Shown here in pieces: positions 20,201-29,481 of a stretch of 64,000 nt of DNA (position 1 is the stretch's first letter; each line of letters starts with the position of its first letter). A program made the translations under genes and the position numbers. The notes under the pieces are model-generated. The model was not told the DNA's origin. It made no database searches and worked only from the letters and a program-made list of their open reading frames with translations. The DNA comes from a virus. The stretch is from IMG/VR virus record IMGVR_UViG_3300032308_002578, positions 23,751-87,750 of that record; one strand, given 5' to 3'.

Positions 20201-21822
20201 AAGGCCCGCCGGGTGACCCCGGACCACAAGGCCAAAAGGGCGACCGCGGCCCGCAAGGTTTAAGGGGCCCGCAGGGTTTAATGGGTCCGATGGGTGTAGG
20301 TTTGCAGGGCCTCATGGGGCCGACAGGCTGCCGCGGCGAGCAGGGCGAGACCGGCCTGCGCGGAATAGATGGGCCAGCAGGCGCCACAGGCGTCTCGGGC
20401 GTTACCGGGCCCACGGGCATGACAGGCCCCACTGGCGGCATAGGTGTAACTGGCCCGTCTGGCCCGAGCGGCGCCACTGGCGCTATAGGCCCAGCTGGCG
20501 CGAGAGGAGTTACAGGCCCGTCAGGCTTGCGTGGCGCCGCAGGCCCCGCTGGCCCCGCAGGCCCCGCTGGCGCGAAAGGCGCAACGGGCGCAAACGGGCC
20601 TACAGGCCCGCAGGGCGCTACAGGCGTTGGCATTAGGGGCGCGACTGGTGTAACCGGCCCCGCAGGCCCACAGGGCGTTACGGGCGTGATAGGCGCCACC
20701 GGGGCCACAGGTGTCGGCGTTACGGGCGCAACGGGGCAGATCGGAGCTACTGGGCTGCGGGGCGCCACCGGAGTCGGCACTACGGGCGCAACTGGTCCGG
20801 CCGGACAACGCGGCCTACAAGGCGCGCCCGGTAGTCGTGGGGCAACGGGTGTAACTGGCCCGAGCGGTATATCCGGCACAGCCGGTGTTACAGGTGCTAC
20901 AGGGCCGTGCGGGCCTGCCGGGGCGCCCGCGATTGCGCCGCGGTGGCTCGGCGTAGCGTACGACGACCCGAGAAAATTTGGACCATATGTACGTAAAGGC
21001 GACTATTATCTCGCAAGTGCGCGAGCAGAAAAAATTTCAGCCGCCGCCGCCGAGCCGAACGCTAACTTGTCGCCATTTATTGATATTCAATTACATGCAC
21101 AAGACATCGCTGAAGACGATATTTTTATTGCTGTGTACTACAACTGGGACGCCGAGGAACGCGAATTTTGTCTAGACGCGCTCACCGAAACGGAAGCTAA
21201 CGCGTTGTGGCACGACAATTCTCACAATATTTCTTGGCTGCACATTCCAGCAATTGCTGGACTGCGAGAATCATTAGAGACAACCGGCGCGCCAACAAAC
21301 GAACAAGCAGCAATCATACGAACAACCGTACTTGAAACTATAATTGCGTTGTGCCCCGGCGGAGACGACCCTGAAGACGCAATTTTAATTTACGCTACGC
21401 TTTTTAACGTAGGTAATTTTTTAGGTTCGTGCGACGACAGCCCGAATCGAATTTACAGCGCAACACGAACAGCAATAAAAACATTTGGCTTGTTTGCGGG
21501 CGCAACGTTTTTAGTCGACTATACGTCGTTGAATGACGAGCCGTCGCCAGCGCAAATAAACGACGACGGCAAGTGTTACATGTTTGCGCCGGAACCGCCC
21601 GTTATACCGGTTAACACCACGCCCGGCAGAGGAGTGGTCCGTGCGCCAGCGGTTGAAAATTTAAGCTGGCAAGCGTTTGGTAATCTGTACAACCCAGCAC
21701 GCGTGACAAACGTGACAGCGTTAATCGGGGCTCTAGCGACCGACGGCGCAGGCAACCCACTGCACCCGACGTTCTACAACAGTTTCAAAACTGTTTTACA
21801 AACCATGTTGGGTTTAACATAA
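17254..21822 (+). CDS. large fibre/adhesin: ~11 Cys-rich ~60-aa repeats, collagen triple-helix region and C-terminal domain
   Basis: ATGA overlap at 17254; repeated P.P..PCP.I...GY...C...PG.DC..P..C.FD.ELE; long Gly-X-Y run at ~20070-20925. Confidence 0.88.
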   Translation: MSENLFKDSQCPIQDVPAVDFDFITIDVCSPVPIPPPIFGCMTPVVPREPDTELGLKCPAFATTTDIAVGYVGDGNTDCGVDPNPRLTLAFVKTAIDPCNYEVAVDLNVPIPRPPCAPTVTAGEFIVEAGFDDCVAPGGAILVTKNTTPGDCTTPDQCEFVIDFNLNVPIPRTPCPVIDAGVFKVSSGYSDSPCMQNTNNRFSIRSNVIPGSCNVADQCEFLVDLEIAVPIPRTPCPEINLNNFAVSSGYQDAACMQDKQNKFSIVATNIPGDCNTPDRCAFDVELEIAIPIPRTPCPEIGITALSVSTGYNDSACVTDKDNRFEITTRHVPGVDCNDPGTCSFDIELELVVPIPKPPCPEINITKFSVSTGYNDSACVTDKDNRFEITTRHVPGVDCNDPGTCSFDVELELVVPVPKPTCPNIYVNKFEITAGYSQQACVKDKDSKFEIIATTTPSTDCNTPDACDFEINLELYVPIPETPCPEINVNKFEVVTAYAGSSCLINKTNTFVITSTKKPGAGCNDPETCAFDVELEIYVPVPPPPCVELNAGVVTVYSGYAGFECVNKTSELRITKTTTPAEGCDTPDTCSFDIDIDVVVPIPLPPCPIISNSSTFFTRYSDVPAVRQGSFFRLITLPPTPDCQDPGTCVYVLDINVDTVMPRPPCPEFNKQNIRITAEYDNWNNLNFNITPNHELNIGTNDPPECKYDIDLEIDVNIPRPPCTEIIDGGVYNKGELVGRFIIQPNFSPGDYCINTLGLDLNLCETEIAFDPTGAKTGGPADNFKIWYHDKGEPCSIEPRFELFIARDEIDKCKWWISPYVKICIEQPKFIVDDTVYEGCTSSSGVYQPIDEVTLETTTTGGQGEEPADIKHQLTVKMNCLQPGTVTISPSSIGSGTLEIAENKINLNLEFNVTDCPTSGGSGGSGSGSGGSGGGGGSCGGQGDPGPTGPEGPQGRPGQKGDKGDKGNDGPAGPAGPMGPMGLQGPPGDPGPQGQKGDRGPQGLRGPQGLMGPMGVGLQGLMGPTGCRGEQGETGLRGIDGPAGATGVSGVTGPTGMTGPTGGIGVTGPSGPSGATGAIGPAGARGVTGPSGLRGAAGPAGPAGPAGAKGATGANGPTGPQGATGVGIRGATGVTGPAGPQGVTGVIGATGATGVGVTGATGQIGATGLRGATGVGTTGATGPAGQRGLQGAPGSRGATGVTGPSGISGTAGVTGATGPCGPAGAPAIAPRWLGVAYDDPRKFGPYVRKGDYYLASARAEKISAAAAEPNANLSPFIDIQLHAQDIAEDDIFIAVYYNWDAEEREFCLDALTETEANALWHDNSHNISWLHIPAIAGLRESLETTGAPTNEQAAIIRTTVLETIIALCPGGDDPEDAILIYATLFNVGNFLGSCDDSPNRIYSATRTAIKTFGLFAGATFLVDYTSLNDEPSPAQINDDGKCYMFAPEPPVIPVNTTPGRGVVRAPAVENLSWQAFGNLYNPARVTNVTALIGALATDGAGNPLHPTFYNSFKTVLQTMLGLT
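18169..18474 (+). repeat. perfect 120-bp direct repeat (18169-18288 = 18355-18474), period 186 bp
   Basis: Identical DNA TCGGTGTCGACGGGG...TGCAGTTTCGAT in two adjacent Cys-rich repeats. Confidence 0.9.
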
Positions 21823-21829
21823 TTGAAAA

Positions 21830-22606
21830 ATGAACAATTTCGACGAGCAATTACCCGACGTTGAGGCCATGCAGCCGTTTGACGGCCCCGTACTGGCTAA
21901 TACCGACGGCTGCACCAGTTGCCCACCCGGCCCGCGCGGCCCGCAAGGCCCGCAAGGTTTACGCGGCCCGATGGGGCCGTCTGGCCCACGCGGCAATGTT
22001 GGCCCAGCCGGCGCAACCGGCGTTAAAGGGCAGACGGGCGCTACCGGTGCGACTGGGCCGTCGGGGCCAAAGGGTCAAACGGGTGTTACAGGGGCCATAG
22101 GCACAAAAGGGCAGACTGGCGCTACAGGAGCCCCCGGACCCACAGGCCAAACTGGTGTCACGGGTATAACGGGTGTCACCGGCCCGCGTGGCGCAACTGG
22201 GGCGTCTGGTGTAACTGGCGTTCAGGGCGCTACCGGACCTACTGGTGTAACCGGCGTGACAGGACTTAGCGGCCCTACTGGCGCGACCGGCGCTACCGGG
22301 CCTACTGGTATAACCGGCGTGACAGGACTGCGCGGCCCGGCGGGACAAACTGGCCCGCGCGGAGCTACCGGTTTACTTGGCATGACGGGCCCTATCGGCC
22401 CGACCGGCATAACTGGTCCGGTTGGTGTTACTGGCGCCACTGGCGCGAGCGGTCCGAAGGGCGACACCGGCGCGGCAGGCCCGCAGGGCGCGACTGGACC
22501 GTGCGGCTCGCTAACATTGACTCCGGCATTTGTATCGCAATTGATTGCAGAAATCGGTACAAATACGGCGCTGCGTACTGCGATTCAAGACGCGGCTGCC
22601 AGCTAA
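21830..22606 (+). CDS. collagen-like protein
   Basis: ~190 aa of Gly-X-Y (GAT/GPT/GVT) flanked by CTSC and GPC. Confidence 0.88.
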   Translation: MNNFDEQLPDVEAMQPFDGPVLANTDGCTSCPPGPRGPQGPQGLRGPMGPSGPRGNVGPAGATGVKGQTGATGATGPSGPKGQTGVTGAIGTKGQTGATGAPGPTGQTGVTGITGVTGPRGATGASGVTGVQGATGPTGVTGVTGLSGPTGATGATGPTGITGVTGLRGPAGQTGPRGATGLLGMTGPIGPTGITGPVGVTGATGASGPKGDTGAAGPQGATGPCGSLTLTPAFVSQLIAEIGTNTALRTAIQDAAAS

Positions 22607-22638
22607 GCCCACTCGCATTAACCCGCAAGGAAGCGCAA

Positions 22639-23010
22639 ATGACACGCCGGTTTTCCCGCATGATCTCGTTGAGTCGAGAAAACATTACGCGTTTTGTCAC
22701 TGAACCGGAGTTCTTCACCAAAAACCCCGGATTGCAACCACTGGCCGCACAGATGGCTGAGTGCAACGCCGCATTCGCCAAGTCTGCTGCCGAAAAGGGC
22801 TGCCGGTGCCGGGCTGACGCAAACACGCTCACGCCGTGCATGACAGCATTTATTCAAACGCTGCTGGACGCAAAAGAGAATAATCCCAGCGTCGTACAAG
22901 ACTTTGTGAAATATGCGGCAAAAAAAGATCAAGTTGATGACACCGGGATTACAATATATTTCGCGGCCTTAGACGGCAGTAAGGCACTCCAACGGTACGA
23001 GTTTCCATGA
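22639..23010 (+). CDS. hypothetical protein
   Basis: AAGGA RBS, ATG at 22639; GCRC motif. Confidence 0.65.
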   Translation: MTRRFSRMISLSRENITRFVTEPEFFTKNPGLQPLAAQMAECNAAFAKSAAEKGCRCRADANTLTPCMTAFIQTLLDAKENNPSVVQDFVKYAAKKDQVDDTGITIYFAALDGSKALQRYEFP

Positions 23011-23288
23011 GTTACGTCAGCCCAGCACACTCCAAACTGCTATACGGCGCACAACCGCATGTACTGGCGAACGGCGTGCAGCAGGGCATCGTAAAAATAC
23101 GCTTGCGGGACGACCACGACCAGCCCGTCGCTGGCCGCCAAGTCGAACTAATTGCTGATCGCGCAAACGTAGCCATCGAGCAGCCCGGCCTAACTGACGC
23201 GAACGGTACAGCACTGGCGTATGTCACGTCGACCGTTCCCGGGCCGGTCAATATTAGTGGTCGTGTTGTTCCGGTCACACCCACATGA
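23007..23288 (+). CDS. stand-alone bacterial Ig-like (Big_1/invasin-type) domain protein
   Basis: ANG...I.LRD...QPVAG.QV.L...TDANG.A...VTST.PG...ISG signature. Confidence 0.8.
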   Translation: MSYVSPAHSKLLYGAQPHVLANGVQQGIVKIRLRDDHDQPVAGRQVELIADRANVAIEQPGLTDANGTALAYVTSTVPGPVNISGRVVPVTPT

Positions 23289-23295
23289 GGATGCC

Positions 23296-23820
23296 ATGAG
23301 TTGTAACCCAATTAACAACGACGATCAGATCATCGAACTGCCCGACGCGATTAATCTGAATTTCTACGACCCACAAATTGAGCCCCCGCCACCGCAGCCA
23401 GACAACGGCCGGCGTTTAAAACTCACATGGCAAGTCAGCCGCTACAACTTTAACAGGGTCGACGGCATTCGCGTTAGAATTGCGGCGACCAACGCGGCCG
23501 GGATGTCGGATAAGGTGTTCGCGTACCTGATGCTGCCACTCAAGGCCGGCGCTGATTCCAAAGCCGGCGCGTTCGACCACGTGTGCTCGCCGGCCGATCT
23601 TGAAGAATACCCCGAAGATGACCCGATTCCGAATAGCCGCCCGGCGTGGTTCCGATTGAGTTACGTAGACGTGCTCTTGCGGTCACGAGCGGAAGTCGAA
23701 GCGTTTATTCGAGACGTGGTTGAAGATGTGCAACGGCTCAAGAACACGCTCGATCTGATGGACGACTTGTTGCCCGGTAACGAAGTATGGATCGGCGTAC
23801 CACCCACCCCGCCAGCATGA
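23296..23820 (+). CDS. hypothetical protein
   Basis: GAGG RBS, ATG at 23296. Confidence 0.7.
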   Translation: MSCNPINNDDQIIELPDAINLNFYDPQIEPPPPQPDNGRRLKLTWQVSRYNFNRVDGIRVRIAATNAAGMSDKVFAYLMLPLKAGADSKAGAFDHVCSPADLEEYPEDDPIPNSRPAWFRLSYVDVLLRSRAEVEAFIRDVVEDVQRLKNTLDLMDDLLPGNEVWIGVPPTPPA

Positions 23821-23832
23821 TTGGAGCGCAGG

Positions 23833-24138
23833 ATGTCAGCCCTCATTGTTTTGGACGACAGCACGATCATGAGCATGTTGAACAACACGGCTTTTTCAAC
23901 GCAATTTCCGTGTCTGTTCAATAAGCGCGATATTTTCAAATCAGCGGCGGCATCCGGTTGCGGTATGTGCGCCAAGAAACGGCAAGAACGGCAGCGCAAA
24001 GAAATGGCCGCGCTCAAAACCTGTCTGGCCGGCATGGGCCCAGAAAAAAAGGCCATGCTTAAAAAAATGCTGGAAGCCGAGCAGATCCGTATCGTGTACA
24101 CCAATCTCGCCGGTCAGGTTGTGCAACTGACCTTCTGA
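23833..24138 (+). CDS. hypothetical protein (CxxC)
   Basis: ATG at 23833; GCGMC motif. Confidence 0.7.
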   Translation: MSALIVLDDSTIMSMLNNTAFSTQFPCLFNKRDIFKSAAASGCGMCAKKRQERQRKEMAALKTCLAGMGPEKKAMLKKMLEAEQIRIVYTNLAGQVVQLTF

Positions 24139-24240
24139 CGCCGCACCTGCCACGCGTAGGTTGCGATCTTCCGCCGCCCTGCGCTGACTGAACGGCTGCG
24201 TTCCACGCGGCCACCGGGCTCCACGCCCTAGGTCAGCGCG

Positions 24241-24272
24241 GGGCGGCGGTTGCATTCTGCCGCCCTAAATTT
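24241..24272 (+). terminator. putative terminator hairpin ending the structural operon
   Basis: GGGCGGCGG/CTGCCGCCC stem followed by TAAATTT. Confidence 0.4.
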
Positions 24273-24354
24273 CGGGGCAAATCGCGGCATATTAAGTGTA
24301 CCCACTGTGTCGTATCAGTGGATTCTCATCACCGCCTTACAAGGGAGTTAAGGC

Positions 24355-24795
24355 ATGAGCGTTCTGCTGCTGAGTGCTGCCGATGTCAAGAAGACGTGGG
24401 CTGCGGTCGAGGCTCGTATTAAGAAGCGACCGGTGTTTCAGGTCGTGCCCGAGGAGGCGATGGTGACGATTGAGAACGTCATCCTCGCCAACGAGGACGA
24501 GGCGTGGGATCGCTTCCCCGCCGACCAGAAGTGCCGTGTGCACTTCTGGAAAACGCTGTTGCTCGCCGCCGTCCCCGAGAACGAGCGGGGATTGTGGGCA
24601 GTGTACTTCCACGAGTACATTGCGGCTTCTCTCCGCGGCGATGGCGCTGCAGGCGTCGAGGTCGACGATGACACTGACGTCATCGTCTACTCCCGGCGCA
24701 GTGTTTCCCCGGCTATCGCCCAACGGGCATTGGCCGAAGCGTACCAGACCTGCGCTGCGGGTCTGGAAGGCTACAGGGTTTCGTGGGACGAATAG
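24355..24795 (+). CDS. hypothetical protein
   Basis: AAGGGAG RBS; 146 aa. Confidence 0.75.
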   Translation: MSVLLLSAADVKKTWAAVEARIKKRPVFQVVPEEAMVTIENVILANEDEAWDRFPADQKCRVHFWKTLLLAAVPENERGLWAVYFHEYIAASLRGDGAAGVEVDDDTDVIVYSRRSVSPAIAQRALAEAYQTCAAGLEGYRVSWDE

Positions 24796-24812
24796 TCCTG
24801 CAACCCACATGT

Positions 24813-24886
24813 GTTAACGACGATGCCGTCGGACACGTATTACCTTTACAGGTGATATGTTGTCCGACGGCATCCGTTAACTTTTT
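24813..24886 (+). terminator. long (~30-bp stem) imperfect hairpin followed by a T-tract
   Basis: GTTAACG..GATGCCGTCGGACA..CGTATTACCT-TTAC-AGGTGATATG..TGTCCGACGGCATC..CGTTAAC-TTTTT. Confidence 0.65.
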
Positions 24887-24959
24887 CTATTGACCTTTTC
24901 CTTAGATATCAACGAGGGCCACCATCAAAAAGAAATATCGGCTCGACAAAAAGGTTGAT

Positions 24960-25409
24960 GTGGTCAAGCCGCCTTTTGTCATGGCAGACCCAAATGACGA
25001 CTCGGCGGCGTTCGGTTGGTCGCTCGGGAAGCTGCGCTACCCGGGCGAGCCAGACCCAAACGACCCCGGAACTAATTGGCCCGGTTCGCATGTCTTCAGT
25101 GTGCCGACGCCGTTGGAAGTCCGACAGGTTTACGGGCACAACATCGAGTTTGTCTGCCCGGCTTTCGTGCAGTTGATGCTCGACGCTGAGCCGGAGATCC
25201 GCAAAGGCGCCGAGCGGGTTCGCGCCGCGGGCTACACGCCCGAGGCGCTCAATAAATACCGCCGGGTCGTGTTGACTGTATTTAACGAAAAAATTCTGCC
25301 GCAGATGGTTAAACGGTTCGAAGAAGTTTCTGGGCTGGTGGCTGAATTTTACGCCGCCCGCCTTGCCCACATTGACGCTTTTGGAATTGAGGACGAAGAA
25401 GAACAATGA
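24960..25409 (+). CDS. hypothetical protein
   Basis: 149-aa ORF (alternative start 24981), ATGA overlap with the next gene. Confidence 0.7.
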   Translation: MVKPPFVMADPNDDSAAFGWSLGKLRYPGEPDPNDPGTNWPGSHVFSVPTPLEVRQVYGHNIEFVCPAFVQLMLDAEPEIRKGAERVRAAGYTPEALNKYRRVVLTVFNEKILPQMVKRFEEVSGLVAEFYAARLAHIDAFGIEDEEEQ

Positions 25410-25735
25410 AAACCAAGACCAAATCCAAGACCAAGATCTTGAAGCGTGCGTCCAAGAAAAAGGCTGCGCCGCGTAAGGTGCGCAGCGCAGCCAAGTCCGG
25501 TATGTCCGGTTACGTTGTGGTGTGGCGTCACACGATGGACGACATCCCGCTCGGGCTGTACGCCGACGAAAAGGACGCCATCAAGGTGGCCACGACGATT
25601 ACGTGGAAACAGGCTTACGCCATCGCGCGTCGACTGGATATCGACGCGTCGACGCCGGTGTGCTTTGCGTACGCTGCGTTTAAGGCCGGCCTTGCGACAA
25701 CGTTCACCATTGTAGATCGCAAGGACGACGCTTGA
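25406..25735 (+). CDS. hypothetical protein with Lys-rich N-terminus
   Basis: 109 aa. Confidence 0.7.
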   Translation: MKTKTKSKTKILKRASKKKAAPRKVRSAAKSGMSGYVVVWRHTMDDIPLGLYADEKDAIKVATTITWKQAYAIARRLDIDASTPVCFAYAAFKAGLATTFTIVDRKDDA

Positions 25736-26011
25736 TTACAGGGACGCCAGCACTACGAAGTCGCGGCGATACCCAACCACCGGACCACGTTTGCCGAGGA
25801 GCAGGTCATCGTCGGTCTTGCCGTCGGTGTCCACAGGGTACGGCCCGCCGGCGTTCGACACGCCCGGACGATTCAACCCCAGCGCCGCGGCTTTCTGCAG
25901 CACAATGTTCGACGTTGCAGCCGACATCAGTTCTTCGATATTATCGCCGAAGACTACGAACTCAGCCCGACCATGCGTGGTATTAGAAAGGTCATCAAGA
26001 ATGGAAACCAT
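25736..26011 (-). CDS. hypothetical protein (91 aa)
   Basis: GGAGG RBS 5-6 nt before the ATG at 26011; stop abuts the convergent gene. Confidence 0.65.
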   Translation of the reverse strand: MVSILDDLSNTTHGRAEFVVFGDNIEELMSAATSNIVLQKAAALGLNRPGVSNAGGPYPVDTDGKTDDDLLLGKRGPVVGYRRDFVVLASL

Positions 26012-26501
26012 GGAAACCTCCGGTGAGAAAAAAGATCTGACGTTGCGTATGGTAATCCCTGTGCTTAATTTGAGCAAGTTGCAAATTCGCTCAATTTTCA
26101 CGGCTGTTTTAAATAAGCCGCAGCCGGAAATAGACACACCGCTGGATAAGCGCGCCGTGTTCTTTTTGCTGGTCGGCGACATGCTGGAGCGCTTGGCGTT
26201 TTTAAAGCCGGAGCAACGCACACTGATCTTGCAGGAACTCCAGTCCCTGTTCGATGACGCAGATGGCTGTCGCGATTGCCTCAAGCAATTGGTGTTCGCG
26301 GACGGCAAACTCTGCACGTGGACTGGACAGTCCGGTTTCACCGATCTGGAGTCTGGGGAACAGGTTACGACTCTTCCGCACCCGCCTATGGAGACCATTG
26401 CGTATAATCTAGATGAACTGTACCGCCGGGGCGTACTGCTGATCGAAAAAAGGAATGGACTCCATGCCCAAAAATCTCCTGCAGGAAGCGTGGACGAGTA
26501 A
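26010..26501 (+). CDS. hypothetical protein
   Basis: Possible starts 26001/26010/26049; overlaps the next gene. Confidence 0.65.
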   Translation: METSGEKKDLTLRMVIPVLNLSKLQIRSIFTAVLNKPQPEIDTPLDKRAVFFLLVGDMLERLAFLKPEQRTLILQELQSLFDDADGCRDCLKQLVFADGKLCTWTGQSGFTDLESGEQVTTLPHPPMETIAYNLDELYRRGVLLIEKRNGLHAQKSPAGSVDE

Positions 26502-27138
26502 GGAAACGTTCGCCAGCGTTCTGCTGACGCTATTTATCGACAAGTTCGGGACCGAGAGCCTGCAGTGGGACCCGGCGACCATCGCCATGGAAATCGAAGA
26601 AGATTTTCATGTCGAACTCCCGCAACAGTCGATGGACAAGTTAATGGTCGCAATTCAACTGCTGACCACAGATCGGTTCTTCAAGAGCCTGCCCGACTTT
26701 ATTACCTTCTGCAACATCCTCGGCGGGGACACATACAACCCCGATATGTGGGACCCAGCCGACGCTGAGGAGGTGGCGTGGGGGATCACCGAGGCCCTGC
26801 TCATCTCCCCGCCGGACGACGAGGACGAAGAACCGTTCACCAATGAGATCCGCGCCTACATCGGCTCAGCGCTGGACAGCGAGGGCATTATTAACCCGCC
26901 GGACATCCTGCGGATCGCGCTCCGTACAGCCCGCGTCTCCCCCAGCGTCGGCGACTTCTCGGACGACCCTGCGATGTTTAACGCCATCTACGACATGGAA
27001 GAAGGCAAGAAAGAAGACATCAACCAGTCGATTCTGATGAAGACGAAGTTGTTGGCAGCCCAGTTAGCGGCGTTGAACTTAGAGAACGGTAAAACCCAGT
27101 ACGTGGCTGAGATGCTGCAGCGGTCACTGCAGAATTAA
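26464..27138 (+). CDS. hypothetical acidic protein
   Basis: 224 aa with a strong GC3 coding pattern. Confidence 0.75.
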   Translation: MPKNLLQEAWTSKETFASVLLTLFIDKFGTESLQWDPATIAMEIEEDFHVELPQQSMDKLMVAIQLLTTDRFFKSLPDFITFCNILGGDTYNPDMWDPADAEEVAWGITEALLISPPDDEDEEPFTNEIRAYIGSALDSEGIINPPDILRIALRTARVSPSVGDFSDDPAMFNAIYDMEEGKKEDINQSILMKTKLLAAQLAALNLENGKTQYVAEMLQRSLQN

Positions 27139-27155
27139 ACCCAGAAAGCGTTATT

Positions 27156-27356
27156 ATGTTAGTGCTATCGCGGAAAAAAGAAGAGCAGATTGTGATCGGG
27201 AACGGCATCGTGGTGAAGGTAATCGAGATTTGCGGCAACCGCGTCAAACTTGGTTTGACGGCGCCGCCGTCGGTACCCATTGCCCGCGGTGAGATTTACA
27301 CCGCCGAAAAGAAGGAGAAGAAGGAAAAAAATGGGGTGGAACGACAGACTTCCTGA
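27156..27356 (+). CDS. csrA: carbon storage regulator CsrA/RsmA
   Basis: MLVLSRKKEEQIVIG..I.V.VIEI.GNRVKLG..AP.SV.I.RGEI. Confidence 0.93.
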   Translation: MLVLSRKKEEQIVIGNGIVVKVIEICGNRVKLGLTAPPSVPIARGEIYTAEKKEKKEKNGVERQTS

Positions 27357-27612
27357 AGACCCCTATATCCCGTACGAGTCGCAGGACGACCGGGACGCCT
27401 ACGAAAACTGGGCGATGTACATAGAGTTCTTGAGCGCCGAGGCCGAGTCTCGCGGTTTGACGTCAAACAATATCCAGCCCGGCGACCTACCCGTGAAAGA
27501 AACGCAGGACAACGTGGAGATCCTTGCCCGCCTGCGTGAATTGCCGCTAAAAACAGAGCGAAAAAATGAAGACCAGAATTCACGTCAATCAGCAGATCAT
27601 CAAGAAAAATAA
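27331..27612 (+). CDS. hypothetical protein
   Basis: AAGGA RBS, ATG at 27331. Confidence 0.6.
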   Translation: MGWNDRLPEDPYIPYESQDDRDAYENWAMYIEFLSAEAESRGLTSNNIQPGDLPVKETQDNVEILARLRELPLKTERKNEDQNSRQSADHQEK

Positions 27613-27895
27613 CAAGACAGGACGCCGAACGCCGCCGATCACTGTCAAGAACTACAAAATTAACATCAAGGCGCGGGATGTATTTATTGACGGCCCGTGC
27701 CGTGTTGTTTATATGCCAGACAAGCCGCTCTCGTGCGGCGCCCGGGTATGGATCGAGACCGACAGTGAAATTGTTGTTAATCCTTTAGACACACACGAGA
27801 CAACTAATGCCGGTAAAGGCAAAAACAAAGGTAAAGGCAAAGCCAAAGCGGCGCGCACGCCTGCCGTCACCCCAAGATTTTATTGCTGCCGGTGA
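27566..27895 (+). CDS. conserved phage hypothetical protein
   Basis: RIHVNQ..I..N...P.ITVK...GP..VVY.PDKPLSCGARVWIET, a pattern common in phage proteins. Confidence 0.75.
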   Translation: MKTRIHVNQQIIKKNNKTGRRTPPITVKNYKINIKARDVFIDGPCRVVYMPDKPLSCGARVWIETDSEIVVNPLDTHETTNAGKGKNKGKGKAKAARTPAVTPRFYCCR

Positions 27896-28259
27896 CATGC
27901 AAATCGAAGAGGTGCAGCAGTACCGGTGGTCTAGTTATGGCCCGTACGCGTTTTTTGTGGACATCGTTATGCCGCTTGAAATTGGTTCGGCGCAGATGAT
28001 CGTGGACCTCGCCCACAACCGGATCTGCGAAATGACCGTCTGCGACTACACCCAACCCAAAAACAAGGAGGCGTACCTGTGGCGTAATCCACTGTTTCGC
28101 AAGGCCCACGCCGCCGAAGCCCGGCAGCGCGGCTACACGAAGAAACAGATGTCGTACGCGTGGGACAACACACCGTGGGTCAACGTGCCGCCGGCGCAGA
28201 TATTCAAACGGCTGCGGGAAATGGTAGCCCGGGCAAAAAAGAAAAACCCGCCGAAGTGA
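27807..28259 (+). CDS. hypothetical protein
   Basis: 150-aa ORF; start uncertain. Confidence 0.6.
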   Translation: MPVKAKTKVKAKPKRRARLPSPQDFIAAGDMQIEEVQQYRWSSYGPYAFFVDIVMPLEIGSAQMIVDLAHNRICEMTVCDYTQPKNKEAYLWRNPLFRKAHAAEARQRGYTKKQMSYAWDNTPWVNVPPAQIFKRLREMVARAKKKNPPK

Positions 28260-28308
28260 GCATCGTTGAGAGGCCCGGCGGGTTTGCTGCGCGCAACTAA
28301 TTAACGTG

Positions 28309-29481
28309 TCAGGCTTCTTCCTGCGCGGCCAGTTCAAACAACCGGTCAATGGTCAGGAGATCCTCGGCGGCTGGGTTGCGGGCAACCACCGACGCCTGCT
28401 TCTCGGACATCAACTGGTCGAGTGTGGTCGCCATGCCGCGGTCGAGCGTGGGAACAATAGCCGCTAATTTATCGCGGTCCATGTACACCCCGCCGGCACT
28501 CACGGCCTCAGCGAAATCATCGCCTAAGTAGGCGCGAACATCTTCGACGGCCAACTTCTCAAGGTCGTCAAGCGCGTACACGTTGCCCGTGGTTGTCTCG
28601 ACGTTCTGGTTCAGGAACTCGCGCGCAACCTTCTCGGTCACGGCAAACAGAACCTCCTCGGGCCGCGGCAGGCCACCCGCATCGTACAGTCGATACAGGT
28701 GGGTGCTGCGGTCGAAATTATCGACCGCGCTCGCCAACTTCAGCCGAGTGTCAACGGCCCGAGCCCTTTCGGGGTTCTGGTCGATGATCTCGGCCAACTT
28801 GGACAACTCACCAGCCAGATCTTTGTACTGGCGCTGGGTAAGCCGTACGCGGTCTTTAAGCATTTGGCTGGCCATCTTCGCGGCGCACGCGCCGTAGCCC
28901 GCAGCCAGTTCCAGCGTACCCTCGGCCACGCTGACATCGGCGTTAAAGTGGGCAGCCTTTTCCAGAATCTTGGTGGCAATGCGATTACGATCTTCGAAGA
29001 CAAATTCGTCGCGGTACTGCTTAAAGTGCGCAGCGGCAAACTTGACCTCGCTGCCGTTCCGCAGGGGCCAGTGCCGTTCCTTGCGCCCGTCAGCCGCCAC
29101 CCACACGATGCCGAAATCGTCGTCGGATACCGCGTCGAGCCCGGTCGAAGCAGTCTTTTCAAGTCCGGCGATCAGGCCCGAAATACCGAAGTACTCGGCG
29201 GCCTTATTAATGCGGGATTTAATGACATCGGCCTGCTTTTCCTCGAACTGCGCCTGCTTGTCCGCGAAGAACAAAGCCGACATCCACGTTGCGGGAGCCG
29301 TGTGACATGGGTAAAGTTTATTGTGCTGGTCCGCGTACAGGTGCCGAGGCAGCGTTTCGTCGCCGTTGAGACGCTCGTCCGCCGCAGACTTAACGAAGTC
29401 GGGCGCCGGGTGCAGCGCGGTCAACCTGTGCGTTTCACGGCCACTGATGTCGTGAGCATGGTCCAGCGGGATATTTGTCAT
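28309..29481 (-). CDS. phage protein with two DUF6582-like repeats
   Basis: LPRHLYAD...LYPCH...RINKAAEYFGI and SDDDFG...RHWPL...KILEKAAHFNA. Confidence 0.6.
   Translation of the reverse strand: MTNIPLDHAHDISGRETHRLTALHPAPDFVKSAADERLNGDETLPRHLYADQHNKLYPCHTAPATWMSALFFADKQAQFEEKQADVIKSRINKAAEYFGISGLIAGLEKTASTGLDAVSDDDFGIVWVAADGRKERHWPLRNGSEVKFAAAHFKQYRDEFVFEDRNRIATKILEKAAHFNADVSVAEGTLELAAGYGACAAKMASQMLKDRVRLTQRQYKDLAGELSKLAEIIDQNPERARAVDTRLKLASAVDNFDRSTHLYRLYDAGGLPRPEEVLFAVTEKVAREFLNQNVETTTGNVYALDDLEKLAVEDVRAYLGDDFAEAVSAGGVYMDRDKLAAIVPTLDRGMATTLDQLMSEKQASVVARNPAAEDLLTIDRLFELAAQEEA

Noticed and set aside
17254-21822. Diversity-generating retroelement acting on the fibre gene
   Set aside because: The 120-bp repeat pair is identical with no adenine-specific differences, and no reverse transcriptase is seen in the window
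19836-22467. Pro-rich antisense ORFs (e.g. 19836-20879, 22222-22467)
   Set aside because: Shadows of the Gly-X-Y collagen codons on the + strand
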